64,000 nt of DNA from Azolla caroliniana. Taxonomy: Eukaryota > Plantae > Polypodiophyta. The DNA lies in the NCBI GenBank assembly GCA_043228905.1, contig JBHGNT010000008.1, forward strand, positions 19,654,001 to 19,718,000, read 5' to 3'. The translations under genes were made by a program, and so were the position numbers. The notes under the pieces were generated by a model, which saw nothing but the letters and a program-made list of their open reading frames with translations, ran no database searches and had not been told where the DNA came from. Positions 22,401-35,437 of the stretch are shown in pieces. Positions within the stretch are counted from its first letter, which is position 1. Every line of letters begins with the position of its first letter.

Positions 22401-25400
22401 GGTTGAGCTTGCCGCCCGACACTCCTCCTTAAGCTCAACTAGAGGTTCGGTCGTAGTGTCAACGTCTATGGCAGCCGGTCCTTCTACCTTGCTCCTTCTG
22501 ACGTCGCTCGCGCTCCTCGTCCGGTCCGGTCCCGTTTGTCGCGACCCTTCTGTTTCTGTGCATCTCGACCTCCTCGGTCGGCTTGTCTGCTCAACAAGCC
22601 CAAATCAGCTCCCTCGCTGTTGTGACTTTGGCACTTGTCGACCCGCCGATTCCTTCGTGTTGGCGTCGACTTTTGCTTCCATCTTGTCCTCTTGGCCTTG
22701 AATTGATCCGGTTCTTCGGAATCTATCTGTTGAACCGAATCGGCTCTCTCCGATTCGTTCCAGCTCTTGTCCGAATCGGGATTCTCCAACTCTTTTTCCG
22801 GTTCCAGATACTTTACCACATTGGACCATGTCCGGGTCTTGGTCTTCTCCTACCGGTCGACTCTGTCCTTCTTGACTCTGTCGCCGCAACCGCTCGTTCT
22901 GACTTGTTCGGATGTGCTGACTTCCTTCGTCGACTCGGCTTCCTTTTTCTTCTTGTCTCCCCCTTTGTTGGTTCTTCCCTCAACGACACAATCGGTAGTT
23001 TCTTTGCCTTTTCCCGTTCCGGTGTCTTTGCCTGTTCTCCTCCTTAAGTGTGGCACGTCGAGATGTTGAACACCAAGCATTTCGGTGAAGTGCGGCAACT
23101 TGTCAGATCCGAGCGGTTTGGTGAAGATGTCGGCAACTTGCCGATCCGTATGAACATACCAAAATTTGACTTCATCGCTCAGGACACGTTCACGCACGAA
23201 GTGGTAGTGCACTTCTATGTGCTTTGTGCAAGCATGGAATACGGGGTTTTTGGCGAGCTGCATGCTGCTTATATTGTCGCAGTAGATCAGGATCGGGGTC
23301 GGTACCTCGATCCATAGGTCTTGCAGTAGTCGCTAAAGTCAAATGGCTTCACAGGTGGCGATGGTAGCACCCCGATACTCAACCTCAGTGCTCGACAAAG
23401 CCACTCTTGGCTGCTCCACGCAATAGCCGGCTAGCTAGGGAAAACATGTAATTGGAGGTGGATCGGCGATCCGATGCATCGTCGGCCCAATCGGCATCGG
23501 TGTAGCCGACTAGCTCTTCGGTTATACCATGCCGGTATAACAATCCTTGGTTCTTCGTGCCGCTCACATACCGCAGTATTCAGTGCGCACACTGAAGATG
23601 CTCTACGGTTGGCTTCTACATGAATTGGCTAATCACACTGACCATATAGCTGATGTCGGGTCGGGATATCGGTCGGCATTCCGTCATGCCGAACTTGTAC
23701 AACATATTCAACACATAGTGTCTCTATAAGAGCAATATGCCGTCGGGGGTTCGGATCACCTCGATCCCAAGGAAATAGTGAAGGTCCCCCAGATCCTTCA
23801 TCTCAAATGCGTCCGATAGCTGGGACTTGACTCGGCTGATTTCATCGAGTCCGGGTCCGGTGATGACCAGATCATCAACATACAACAAGATGCAAACCGG
23901 ACCGTCCGGACCTTGCTGGAGGAACAGTGAAGAGTTGGATTTGGAGGCCCCAAACCCCATCTTACGCAACCGGTGCATGATCTTTGCATTCCAAGCTCGG
24001 GGGGCTTGCTTTAGGCCATAAAGTGACTCCTTCAGCCGGCATACCGCCAACTTGTTCATCTACGTCTGGAAACCGGAAGGTTGGGTCATAAAGACCTCTT
24101 CTTCAAGGTCGCCTTGAAGAAATGCATTCTTCATGTCCATTTGTTGAAGATGCCACTCCCTTACCACAACAACCGCCAACACCACACGAACCGTCGTCAT
24201 CTTCGCTACTGGAGCAAAGGTCTCGTCATAGTCGATTCCGTGGGTTTACGCATATCCCTTCGCCACTAACCGGGCCTTGTACCGGTTAACTGAACCGTCG
24301 GCGTTGCACTTTACCTTGTACACCCACTTGCATCCGACTAGGAGGGTCAACCAGGTCCCATGTCTCGTTGGCATCAAGTGCCCGCATTTCTTCCTCCATA
24401 GCGGCACGCCAATTGGCGTCCCTTGCCGCTTCTACGTAGCTCCCCGGCTCACGCACTTCCGCCACCTTGGTCATGTACGCATAGTGATGCGCCATGTACT
24501 CATTGTACCCGTACCGCGTCACGCGGTTCTTCTGGCGGGAAGACCGATGTAATCTATCGTTACCCGGTTTGAGGCCCTTCTTGGCCGGTGCGGTCTTTGT
24601 TGCCAAAGATCCGCCTTGTTTCTTACTAGAGTCAGATTTGCTTCGATCCGACTCATCGTTGCCGGTTTCGTATTCCAGCATCTTCTTCGTCCCCTTTTCT
24701 TTGCGCGTGAACCGTCTCCTCGGTTCCTTGTGCGGGGAGAGCACGGCAGAGTCTTCACTACTCGCCGGTTCCTCATCTGACTGGTCGGATTGACCCAGTC
24801 TCTCGTTCGTCCCACTAAACCGAAACGATTCCAGACTCTCTTCTTGAGTCTCGGATTCATCATCTTCTACCTAGGCGGGTTCAGGCTCACTAGCCTCATC
24901 CTCCGGCATCGGGTCTGGGTCAGAAGTCAGAGTTGGTAAGGAGTACCATCATGCTGTTTGATGGAACTCGACATCGCGGCTAACTCGGACCTGCTTCGTC
25001 TGGGGGTTATAACACTTATACCCCTTTAGCTCATGTGAGTAGCCAACAAGGATGCAATTCTCCGATTTTGCATCCAACTTCCTCCACTTCTCATCCGGCA
25101 CATGCACATATGCTATGCTGCGGAAAATCCGAAGGTGTCTCAAATTCGGCTTGCGCCCGAAATATAGCTCATGCACGGACACCTTGTCACCGATCCGGTT
25201 TTGAATGTAGATGATCGTCCGGACCACCTCCGCCCAATAGAAATGGGGCATGCTCTTCTCTTCCAGCATTTCCCTTGCCATGTCGACAAGTAACCGATTT
25301 TTCCTCTCGGCCACACCGTTTTGCTCCGGTGTGTATCTGCAGCTGAACTCTCTCTGAATTCCTATTTGCTGCAGATAACTGTTGAATTGGTCGGAAAAAT

Positions 25401-28162
25401 ATTCTTTTCCGCCATTCGACCGCAGGCACTTGATCTTCCTCTCCGATTCCTGTTCCACCATGCTTTGGAGGTTCCGGAAATAGTCGAAGACTTCTCTCTT
25501 CCGCTTAATGAGGTAGATCCATGTGTGGTGGCTATAGTCGTCGATGAAGGAGACGAAATATCGACGAAATATCCATGTGTGGCGGCTGTGGTCAACAATC
25601 TAACCAAGTGACACCAGGTTCTTCGTGATAGTTGGAACGTGTAATACATTCATCAGCTTCCCCCTCTGTCCAACGTGGCTCAAAGGGAGTTCCTCAACAT
25701 GCACGATTGGGTGAGGAGTGTCATCTCCGGTTTGGACAACTCCCGGTTGTTTCGGTTTCTCTAAGAAAGAGAACCACTCTTTGTGGCTCGCCATGTGATT
25801 CGACGCACCGGAATCAACATACCATACTTCCTCTGATTTGGAAGTGGTCTTCTTCATCGAATTTGCCTAGTGCTTCATCACCAAGGTTGCCCCTTTACCT
25901 GTGTTCCCGGTTCCGGATCCTTTCCATCCTTGCGCGTAGTGCGAGTTTTGCCAGTTCTCTCGACCAGTTTTGCCGGATCCAAATATGTCTGAATCGGCGT
26001 GCTTCTTCCAGCACTCACTTTCTTTGTAGCCCTTTTTGCCACAGTACCAGAATTTTGTGGCAGATTTGTATTGCCCGCCTTCGGCGTGGCCTTGACTCCC
26101 CTTGCTTGTGGAAGTCTCGGAATTGCTGTCGGCACGTTCTTGGTGCCTTCTTTCTTGCTCTTGCCGGCTGCCTCCAGTGCGTGCCGACCCACCTCGTCCC
26201 CCACGCCCATGGGACCTATTCGCCTCCGTGTACGTACAACATCTGGTTGTCCGATTGAGTGGTCTTGGACCCACTCGCGTGATTTTCTTCGACGATCAGC
26301 ATCGATTGCAAGTCGAAGAAGGTTGGTGGTTTCTCTCGGGTGCAGATCGCCGTCCGGATTAGTCCGTACCTTTGCGCTAGACCACCAAGGCAGATTTGTA
26401 CCATTTCGTCTTCGTCCACCGTCACGTTGATGGACCCGAGCACTTCGCAAATCTCCTTTATTTTGGTGGTGTAGTCTGTAACTGACATATCTCTTTGTCA
26501 GATATTGTTCAGCTCCTGCCGGAGCTACCACTTATGGGCTATGTTTCTTGCAGCAAAAATCTTACACAGATTTTCCCAGGCCTCCTTCGGCGTCTTTGCA
26601 TGCCTGATGTAGACGAGCATCTGGTCATGCACACAGGACGCGAGGCAGTAAAATACTCGGCTCGCTCCTTGCTCCCATACCAGGAAGTCCTTGTGTCCAA
26701 GCTCTGGTGCTACCTCATTCCTTCCTTTCACGAAACTCCAAAACCCATGCCCCAATAGGTACTGCTGCATTTTGTATGACCAGGACGCGTAGTTGCTCCG
26801 GTCTAGCTTCTCTGTAGGAAGTGAACTCGCCATACCTTTGTCCAATTTTATTTTTTTTGTCTACTGTTTTGTTCTCACAACCTATAGGGTTTGTCTTGCG
26901 AAAGCAAATGTTGGTTGCAGAGATCGTCAACCCTCGTGCTCTGATACCATGTTAAAACGTATGTGCGGAAGCGTAAGACAACAGTTTGGCTACGTAGCAG
27001 AGAGAGAGAGAAATACACAGAATACAGAGAGAGAGCAAAACAATAATCTAGATTCAAAATTTATATCAACACTCTGTACATACAACGTGCTCAATAGCAC
27101 TATTTTTACAAGTCCTCATGGGACTGACATAAGTACAACATACTTCAATGCTCATACGAGCGTCTGACACTAACTACGAGACAATAACTACCTAGTAATC
27201 TAAGCTATTACTAGGCTTCCGGTTACTGCTGGATCCGGCTAACCGGCTCCCCAGCTCACCGGAACTTTTGCTCACTGGCTTGCCGATCCGGATCCGGTTG
27301 AGGTTGCCGCTCAACATACTCATTGTACCCGTACCTCATGACGGTTTTCTTTTGACAAGTTGACCGGTGTAACTTTCCGTTACCTGGTTTGACGCCCTTC
27401 TTGGCCGGTTCGGGCTTCATTTCTAAAGATCCGCCTTCTCCTTTGCTGGGGTCAGATTCGCTCCGATCCAACCCTTCACTGTCGGTATCGTACTCTGACA
27501 TCTTCTTCTTCCCCTTCTCTTTGTGCGTGTACCATCTCCTTGATTCCTTGCGCGGGGAGAGCACGACAGAGTCTCCACTACTCGTCGGTTCTTCATCTGA
27601 CTGGTCATCCCGACTCAGCCACTCATTCGACCCACTTAGCTGGAATGAAATCGAACTCTCTTCTAGAGTGCCGAAGTATTCATCTTCTTCCTGGACCTCT
27701 TCGGGCTCAGTAGCCTCATCTTCCGGAATCGGGTCTTCGTCGGGAATTGGAGTCGGTAGGGTGTACCATGATGCCGACTCATCAAACTCGACATCTTGAC
27801 TTACTCGTACCTATTTAGTCCGGGGGTTATAACACTAGGATGCATTTCTCCGACTTCGGATCTAGATTCTTCCGCTTCTCATCCGGTAGATGCACATATG
27901 CTATGTTGCCGAATATCCGAAGGCTTCTCATCCAACTGAATTCTCTCTGAATTCCGTTTTGCTGTAGATAACTGTTGAATTGGCCGGAAAAGTATTCTTT
28001 TCCGCCATCCGACCGCAAGCACTTGATCTTCCTCTCCGTTTCCCTTTTGACTAAGCTTTGAAGGTTCCGGAAACAATCAAAGAATTCACTTTTCTTCTTG
28101 ATGAGATAGACCCACGTGTGCCGGCTGTAGTCGTCGATGAAGGAGACGAAATACCGACTCCC
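19469..28162 (-). mobile_element. Ty1/copia Copia-3, 3' half (integrase to 3' LTR), interrupted by Copia-4; 5' half absent
   Basis: 3' LTR about 19469-19832, PPT 19833-19844, RNase H 20154-20813, RT 20829-21980 (LYVDDLVI), integrase remnants 27322-28162. Confidence 0.88.
21987..27316 (-). mobile_element. Ty1/copia Copia-4, full-length degenerate, nested in related Copia-3
   Basis: LTRs 21987-22421 and 26950-27316, TSD TACTC (21982-21986 / 27317-27321), PBS TGGTATCAGAGC 26949-26938; gag 26845-25867, PR WYVDSGASNH, INT 24949-25461, RT, RH. Confidence 0.95.
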
Positions 28163-28827
28163 TGTTGTCCGCCGGAATCATAACTAACAGACAGAAGCGC
28201 AGAAACATTATAATATAGTAAAGCGTTAAGAAACACATGTAACGGTTCACGCAAGAGGCGTGAATGGCTAAAAAACCCTGTGTATATAACGGGCAGAAAT
28301 CCTCTATAAGAGGTAGCGTGTAATTTCGGAGTCTAGCGTGTGTTTCTAATAAAATAATATCTTCTCTGTTCTTTGTGCATATCTGTGGCTTTCTCTGTTG
28401 CGTTCTTAGTTTCTCTGTTGCGTACTGTTAATCATAAGGGTGTAGGCATAAGCGCGGATCCCAATGCACTTCTTGAGGAGTTCGGTTGTAGCCGTCTCCC
28501 TTATATGCTACTAGGATACGAGGGAGTATCGCATTACGATTTACGGTATGAAGGTTCTATTCCTTGTAACACGGTCACCTTGAGGTATACCTCGAAGGAT
28601 TGAGAGAAGACAGTGTTCCTAATCGGTAACACGTTTGGCACGCCTGGTGATCTGTGATTTCTCGCAAACAAACAACAAGGGATGGATGTCTAGCTGTAGA
28701 CAACCTAGAGAACCGACCCAACAAGTCCGACCACTCATGAGGTCCATCTCACTCTAGATAGAGGAGTGTGCAAGGAAAAAACCTCGCCTCAATGATATCT
28801 GTCCGAACCACAAAGTCCACTCCACGA
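28163..28827 (+). mobile_element. Athila-like Gypsy-B: 5' LTR (28163-28631), PBS and leader
   Basis: TGTTG..TAACA; PBS TGGCACGCCTGGTG at 28636 (tRNA-Arg type); leader shares GGATGGATGTCTAG with element G leader. Confidence 0.8.
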
Positions 28828-29356
28828 TGTCATGAAGATTTTCGGCGATAGTGTGGAAATTGTAAGGAACGTTCGAAATCGAGTGTGGCTCTTCTCACGA
28901 GGAAAACAAAACAATAATAGTGAAGATAATATGTTGAATAAGTTTAATATCTAGGTACAAAAGGATGGAGCTCTTCAACAACTTTCCACTGTGCTTTACC
29001 ACATAAAAAACGGACATCTAAGTGACAAGTTATGTGGGAGTGAAGTATAAGAAGGAAGAAGAGAAAAATAAAACTGTGATGTATCCCACATACACAGGAC
29101 AAACAAGGACCCTACAATATATAAAGTAGAGCAAAAGCTATTATCTTTGTGTCTATGTGTGAAGCATAAAGAGTTCAAGGTGACTTGAACAAAGTTAATA
29201 TGATGAGTGACTGTGGCCTAGCTACAGGTTTTGGCCAACCGATAAAGCCGGTGGCAGATCCGGCGACGGAGACGTCAACTAGTGTCATCCGGCGACCGGG
29301 TAGATATATAAATTAATAAATAAATATATGTATAAATATATATATATATACATACA

Positions 29357-29432
29357 AGGAGTGCAAGTATGGATTTGAACCTTGCACCTCCAAGTTGAAA
29401 GTCTATAGGCTTACCACTAAGCCAAGACATTT
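29357..29432 (-). other. Degenerate tRNA-like / SINE-head sequence in Gypsy-C 5' LTR
   Basis: Minus strand: A-box TGGCTTAGTGG, D-stem GGCTT/AAGCC, B-box GGTTCAAATCC 32 nt later, then AT-rich tail. Confidence 0.7.
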
Positions 29433-29855
29433 TGATAAAATAATATTTTTGTCATTATAGTTTTACATGTAAATTCTCATACATGAGACCTTAAAAGAGT
29501 GATGTGGTTATCATGCACCACATGTAATACGTGAGCGTCAAATAGCAAACATGCATTTTATGCATGTCTTGTACCCTCAAATGCATGAGGGCATCTATAA
29601 AAGAGGGGACGAAAGAGATGAAAGGACTAATGTAAAAATTTTGGATGATCAAATAAGAAACTTGTAATCCAGTTGATGATATATCTTATTCTTCAAATAT
29701 AAAGTCAAGAGTTCAATCTCAATCTCTCTTTCTTCAATCTATCTTAAATACTTTCTCGCTAAAGCTTGTGCAACTTCAAATCCTTTCGGTCCAGAACCCC
29801 GGTTGTTCCGCCTCACAATGCACGCGTAGTGACGGATCTTCATGACATAATTAAG

Positions 29856-29873
29856 TGGTGAACCTGACGTGAA
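29856..29873 (+). other. PBS complementary to tRNA-Trp 3' end
   Basis: TGGTGAACCTGACGTGAA versus recalled plant tRNA-Trp 3' end TTCACGTCGGGTTCACCA (one G:U-type difference); identical motif in element F. Confidence 0.85.
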
Positions 29874-30154
29874 AGAGGCGGCAGGAAGGATCAAAGCGAG
29901 GATCAACTGATACTTGGAGATGGCATCCTCAAGCAACCAAGCAAGAGAGTTCGAAAGGATGATGTTGATTGTAGAACAAATGATGAGATCTCGAGACAAC
30001 GATGCGAGTGTGGAGAAGGCCGTCGACCGTGTCATAGAGCTCGAGGGCCAATTTGATGGAAGGAACATTACAAAGTTCCTTAACGCATACAAAAGGGACA
30101 TGAATCAAAGAGACGTGTCTAAAGTACGGCAAATCACTAGTTTCAAGAGGGTGG

Positions 30155-33100
30155 TGTAGGGAATGAACAAGGCCGTCAGTGCGGAAGAGATCACACAGTA
30201 TGAATCTGTGAGGAAGAAATACCCACGTATGAGAGAGGCAAGAACAAATTACGTACATAGAGAGAGAGAGAGAGAGAGAGAGAGAGGCACAAAGAATATA
30301 TCTATATTCATTAAGGGGCAACCGTTACAACAATGAACAACCAACCTTTACAAAAGGTTACAAAGTCACTTTATATAGTGGCTCATTTAGGGCAACTGCC
30401 CTTTATGTTATTTACAGAAATAGCCCGAACTTGGGCTCTCTAAGAGGATAGTGTGAATACGTCCATTATACATTTGTATTCGACACTCCCCCATAATGGG
30501 CGTATACATGGGTTATCTAAAAAATACAGGTATAGGCATAGGTTCTCGGACATGTCGGTTTTGTTCGAATCGGCAGGATCCGTAGACAGAAGACCGAACT
30601 GGTCGGGTCGGAAAAGCTGAGGCTGATCGTCAGTGAACCGATGTCTATTGTCCGAAACAATCCTGCACTATGTCCGGCTTCAACCGAACCGATATGTTGT
30701 TACGCCCATCTGTTGCCGAAGAGACCGGAACCGGTCTGCCGAGAGACACTTGGTCATTCCATCTGCGACATTATCGGTTGTGGATATCTTCTCTAAACCA
30801 ATTTTCCCGGAAATGACGCAGTCCCAAACGAAGTGATATCGAACTTCGATATGCTTGGAGGCGCTGTGATGAACCGGATTTTTCGACAAAGCAACAACAC
30901 TCTGACTGTCGCTGTAGACAACTGGAGCCGAGTCGAAGTCGACTTGCCGAAACGTGTGCGCCAGTCGACCGAGCCATAAAGCTTCTTTCGCTGCGTCGGA
31001 GGCAGCTACATATTCCGCTTCGGTCATTGAGGTGGTTGTGCACTCCTGAAGTTTCGACTTCCACGAGATTGCGCCATTGCCAAATTTAAAGCAATATCCG
31101 GTTGTTGACTTGCGACTGTCCACACAGCCGGCGAAGTCCGAGTTGGTGTAACCGGCTACGCCTGAAGTTTAGTTCGGACCGAAAAGGATGTCGTGGTCTT
31201 TTGTGCCAGCTAAATGTCTGAACACATGCTTGACTGCGTTCCAGTGAGATCGGCTGGGATTGTGCATAAATCTGCTGATGACTCCTACGGCGTGAGAAAT
31301 ATTAGGCTGTGTCGCGACCATCGCGTACATCAGAGAGCCTACTGCCGGTGCATACGGTACCGACTTCATGTCTTCCCCCTCCGGACCGGATGTCGGGCAG
31401 TCTCGCTGAGAAAGCCGAAGATGAATGGGGAGCGGGGTCAAAGCAGACTTGGCCGATTGCATGTTGAAGCGTTCCAAGACACGTTCGATGTAGTCGGTTT
31501 AAGACAGAAAAAACTGTCTTTTGGCGCGATTCCGACTAATCTTCATTCTGAGTATGTGTCTTGCCGGACCGAGGTCCTTCATGGCAAACTTCAATCGCAG
31601 TTTCCGAACGAGTTCGGTGAGCTCTCCGGTATGCCGACCGGAGAGGAGCATGTCGTCCACGTAGATGATGAGGAAGACGAGAGAACCGTCTTGAGCTGTT
31701 TTGGTGAAGAGGCAGTGGTCCTCATCGCTCTTGGAGAAGCCGACCGACTGGATGAAATCGTCGAACTTCTTGTACCACTGTCGGGGTGCCTGTTTCAGGC
31801 CGTAAAGACTCTTCCTGAGTCGGCAGACTAGATGTTCCTGACCGGTGGCCACAAAGCCTTTCGGCTGCTCCATGTAGATTTCCTCCTTTAGATCACCGTG
31901 GAGGAACGCCACAACACCGAGCATGAAACGAAGGGTTGTCATTTTCACCACTGGTGAAAAGATTTCGTCGAAGTCGACGCCATATTCCAGTCGAAATCCC
32001 TTCGCAACTAATCTGGCCTTGTACTTTGGGGTGGTCGAGTCGGACGTCTCCTTTAGTCTATAGACCCACTTGCAAGGAAGAGCACATCGATTCTTCGGTA
32101 AGTCGATCAGATCCCAAGACTTGTTGGCGCGGATGGAGTGCATTTCCGACTCCATTGCCAGATGCCAGGTGGCTGAATCAGCAGCTGCCGATGCTTCTTC
32201 GTAGGACGTTGGTTCGCCAGCGTCGGTTAAGAAAATTCCGGGAGAGTACCTCTCTGGAGGTTGCGACAATCTCTCAGATCTTCGAGGTATGACTAGACTG
32301 GTCGCACCGGGTGTCGATGTCGGATGGTCGAAGGCCGAGCCATTTGGCTGTGCCGAATTTGTGGATTCGGTGCGAGAGAAGTCGGTTACCCGTGAAAGCA
32401 GTCTTGTTTTGTGTGCTGGGCCGTCATGAAGGGTTGGCACTTCGGAAAATATTACCCTTCGGACTTCAATAGGCCTTTCGGCCGTTTTGTGCATAGTCGA
32501 CTCGTTGAACACGACGTCTGAACTTCGGACGATTTGCCTGTGCTCGGGGTCCCAGAGTCGGTATCTGATCTCGCCGTCGGGTCCGTACCCGAGGAAAACG
32601 CATTTCCTTGATCTCGGTTCGAGCTTTCGGCGGTCGTCTTTTGGTATGAGGGCGTATGCCTCACAACCGAAAATCCTCAGCTTATCATAATTCGGCTTTC
32701 TGCCGGTCCATATTTCCTGAGGTATCTTAAGTCCTAGAGGTCTACTTGGTGACATATTGATTATGTGTACTGCCGTGAGTAGAGCCTCTGCCCAGAGGCC
32801 ATCCGACAGTCCGGAGTGTTGGAGCATGGATACAACGCGTTCTTGAATCGTCTGATTCATGCGTTCTGCGATTCCGTTCTGCTACGGACTATATGGTGCC
32901 GTATATTCACGTCTAATGCCGCGTTCTCGGCAAAATTTGACGAATTCATCAGATTTGAACTCACCTCCATTGTCGGTTCGGAGACACTTCAGTTTCCGAC
33001 CAGTCTAGTTTTCGACCATTCCGAGCCAATCTGAGAAGATCGAGAACACCCGATCTTTGGTTCTGATGGGGTAAGCCCACACCTTCCGAGTCGAGTCGTC

Positions 33101-35432
33101 AATGAAACTGACGAAGTACGAGGCACCACCGAGTGACTGATGTGGCATCGGGCCACAGACGTCCAAGTGGACCAAATTGAGCGGGCTCGACTCTCTTGGT
33201 GCTGATGTCGGGTGTGATGCGGCTACCTGTTTGCCGTACTGGCAATGCTCGCAAAACTGATGGTCTGAGAAGGAGAGTTTCGGGATGTATCCGGCTCTGG
33301 ATAGGTGCGTGATGCCGGTCTTGCTGAGGTGTCCAAGTCGTCCATGCCATAAGGATGACACAGGGATATCTACCAGAAATAAGTCACCCTCTCTGAGTGT
33401 GACATACAAAGGGTACAATGAGTGTACCTTTGGTCCTCTAGCAAGCAGGAGGTTCCCTCTGTGGAGTGTCCACCCTCCTGATGAGAAACCAGCACGGATG
33501 CCATCTTCATCAAGTTGTCCGACTGAGATCAAGGGTCGTGAGAGCTCAGGAACGTGTCGGATGTTGTGTAGTACGAGTGTAGAGCCACCCGGAAGGTTGA
33601 GCTCTACGGTGCCGATTCCGATGATAGCATAGTGCTGCAAATTTCCGACTCGAACTAAGTCGGAGTGCCGGTCCGAATATTGCAGAACCTGTGATCGGTG
33701 AAGTGTCACGTGATACGACACACCCGAGTCCAGAAGCCATGTGCTCGATTCCTCAGTCGTAAGCAGAACTTCTGATTCGACTGGATTCTCTATGGACAAT
33801 ATGTTTAGGTCGGTCGTCAATATCTCGACTGAAGAGCCGACGTAGTTGACTTCCTCATGTCGGTTACTCCTTTGATCAACTCTCTGAGCTTTGTCTATCT
33901 TTGACTTCAGTACCCGATAGTCGGCCTTGATGTGTCCCGGTTTCTTGCAGTAGTTGCAGATTCGGGTTTCCCGGGACTTGCTGCGGCTTCGCTGATTTGT
34001 CGGCGGTCGAGAAGAACTTCTTCCCCGGTTGTTCGATCGGTCGGTCGAACCTTGTACTACATAGGCTTCTTCTGCCGAGTCTTTGGTGAAAGACTTTCTC
34101 CGAGCTGCTTCAGTCAGGATTGCACTTGTGACTTCGGAGTACTTGATGGCAGTCGTAGAAGTGTTGCACACAGTTGTAACGAAGGTTTCCCAAGAGGAGG
34201 GGAGACTGCTCATGAGTATCATTGCTCTAAGTTCATCCTCGATTTTCGTCCCCTGAGACGAGATTTGGGACCTCAAACTTTCGTACTCGTTAAGGTGTGC
34301 CTGAACCGAATTGGAGTCTTTCATCCGCAGGTTGTAGAGGCGCCGGATCAAATACATCTTCGTTGAGGCGACCTTCTTTTCGTAGGTTTCTGACAACTTC
34401 TTCCAAAGTTTGAAGGCTGTCGTGCACGATTGCACTATGAAGTACACTGACTCCGAATCGTGGCGCGGACGATTCTGTCCAACTTCTGCCACTCATTTGC
34501 CATGTATATTTCTGGAGCAGTTTCATTCTCAATCGGATCGATTTGACCCTTGATTATAAGATAGTCCTGCATTTGCTCCTTCCAAAAATTGAAGTTTGAA
34601 CCGTCGAACCTCCTTAGACTCATTTTCGATGAGCCGGATGTTGATGCCATCAGATTCGGTTTCGGTTGATGAAGCTCGGTTCGGAGTTGACTACGAACCT
34701 TGTTGGAGTGTAGCCGGTCGGCTCACCCGATATCGTTCTAGTCGGATTTGAACCTGAGTCGGTTCGGTTTCGGATATATGTATTGTTGAACTTGCTCGAA
34801 TTGACTCCGGTAAGTCGAGGGACAGAAATGACTCTGGATGCCGTTTAACCGAGTGGAGCACGATCGTGTCAATGTTGCACAAGGGGATTTCACCTCGGGC
34901 GGCTACGATCACGAGGAACAGAGTACAGCCGGCTGGCTGACTCCAAGCGAAGATGATCTAACGCGATGAGATGCAAGCCTCGTTTTTCTTCTTCTTCGCT
35001 CTTCTTTGTTTCTTCAAATACAAAACCAAAAAAACAGAATGTTGTGATCCAAAGATTCGAATTGCGGCCGGCAGCGGGATGAAGGACATCCAAGCTCTAA
35101 TATCAAATGTAGGGAATGAACAAGGCCGTCAGTGCGGAAGAGATCACACAGTATGAATCTGTGAGGAAGAAATACCCACGTATGAGAGAGGCAAGAACAA
35201 ATTACGTACAGAGAGAGAGAGAGAGAGAGAGAGGCACAAAGAATATATCTATATTCATTAAGGGGCAACCGTTACAACAATGAACAACCAACCTTTACAA
35301 AAGGTTACAAAGTCACTTTATATAGTGACTCACTTAGGGCAACTGCCCTTTATGTTATTTACAGAAATAGCCCGAACTTGGGCTCTCTAAGAGGATAGTG
35401 TGAATACGTCCATTATACATTTTTATTCGACA
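30155..35432 (-). mobile_element. Ty1/copia Copia-5, full-length degenerate, inserted in Gypsy-C gag
   Basis: LTRs 30155-30485 and 35108-35432, TSD GGTGG/AGTGG; gag-PR-INT 34650-33005 (CNYCKKPGH, WLLDSG), INT-RT 32860-31499 (IYVDDML), RH 31123-30680. Confidence 0.95.
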
Positions 35433-35437
35433 AGTGG

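Noticed and set aside
29357-29432. Functional tRNA-Glu gene
   Set aside because: Acceptor and anticodon stems do not pair; kept only as a tRNA-like remnant.
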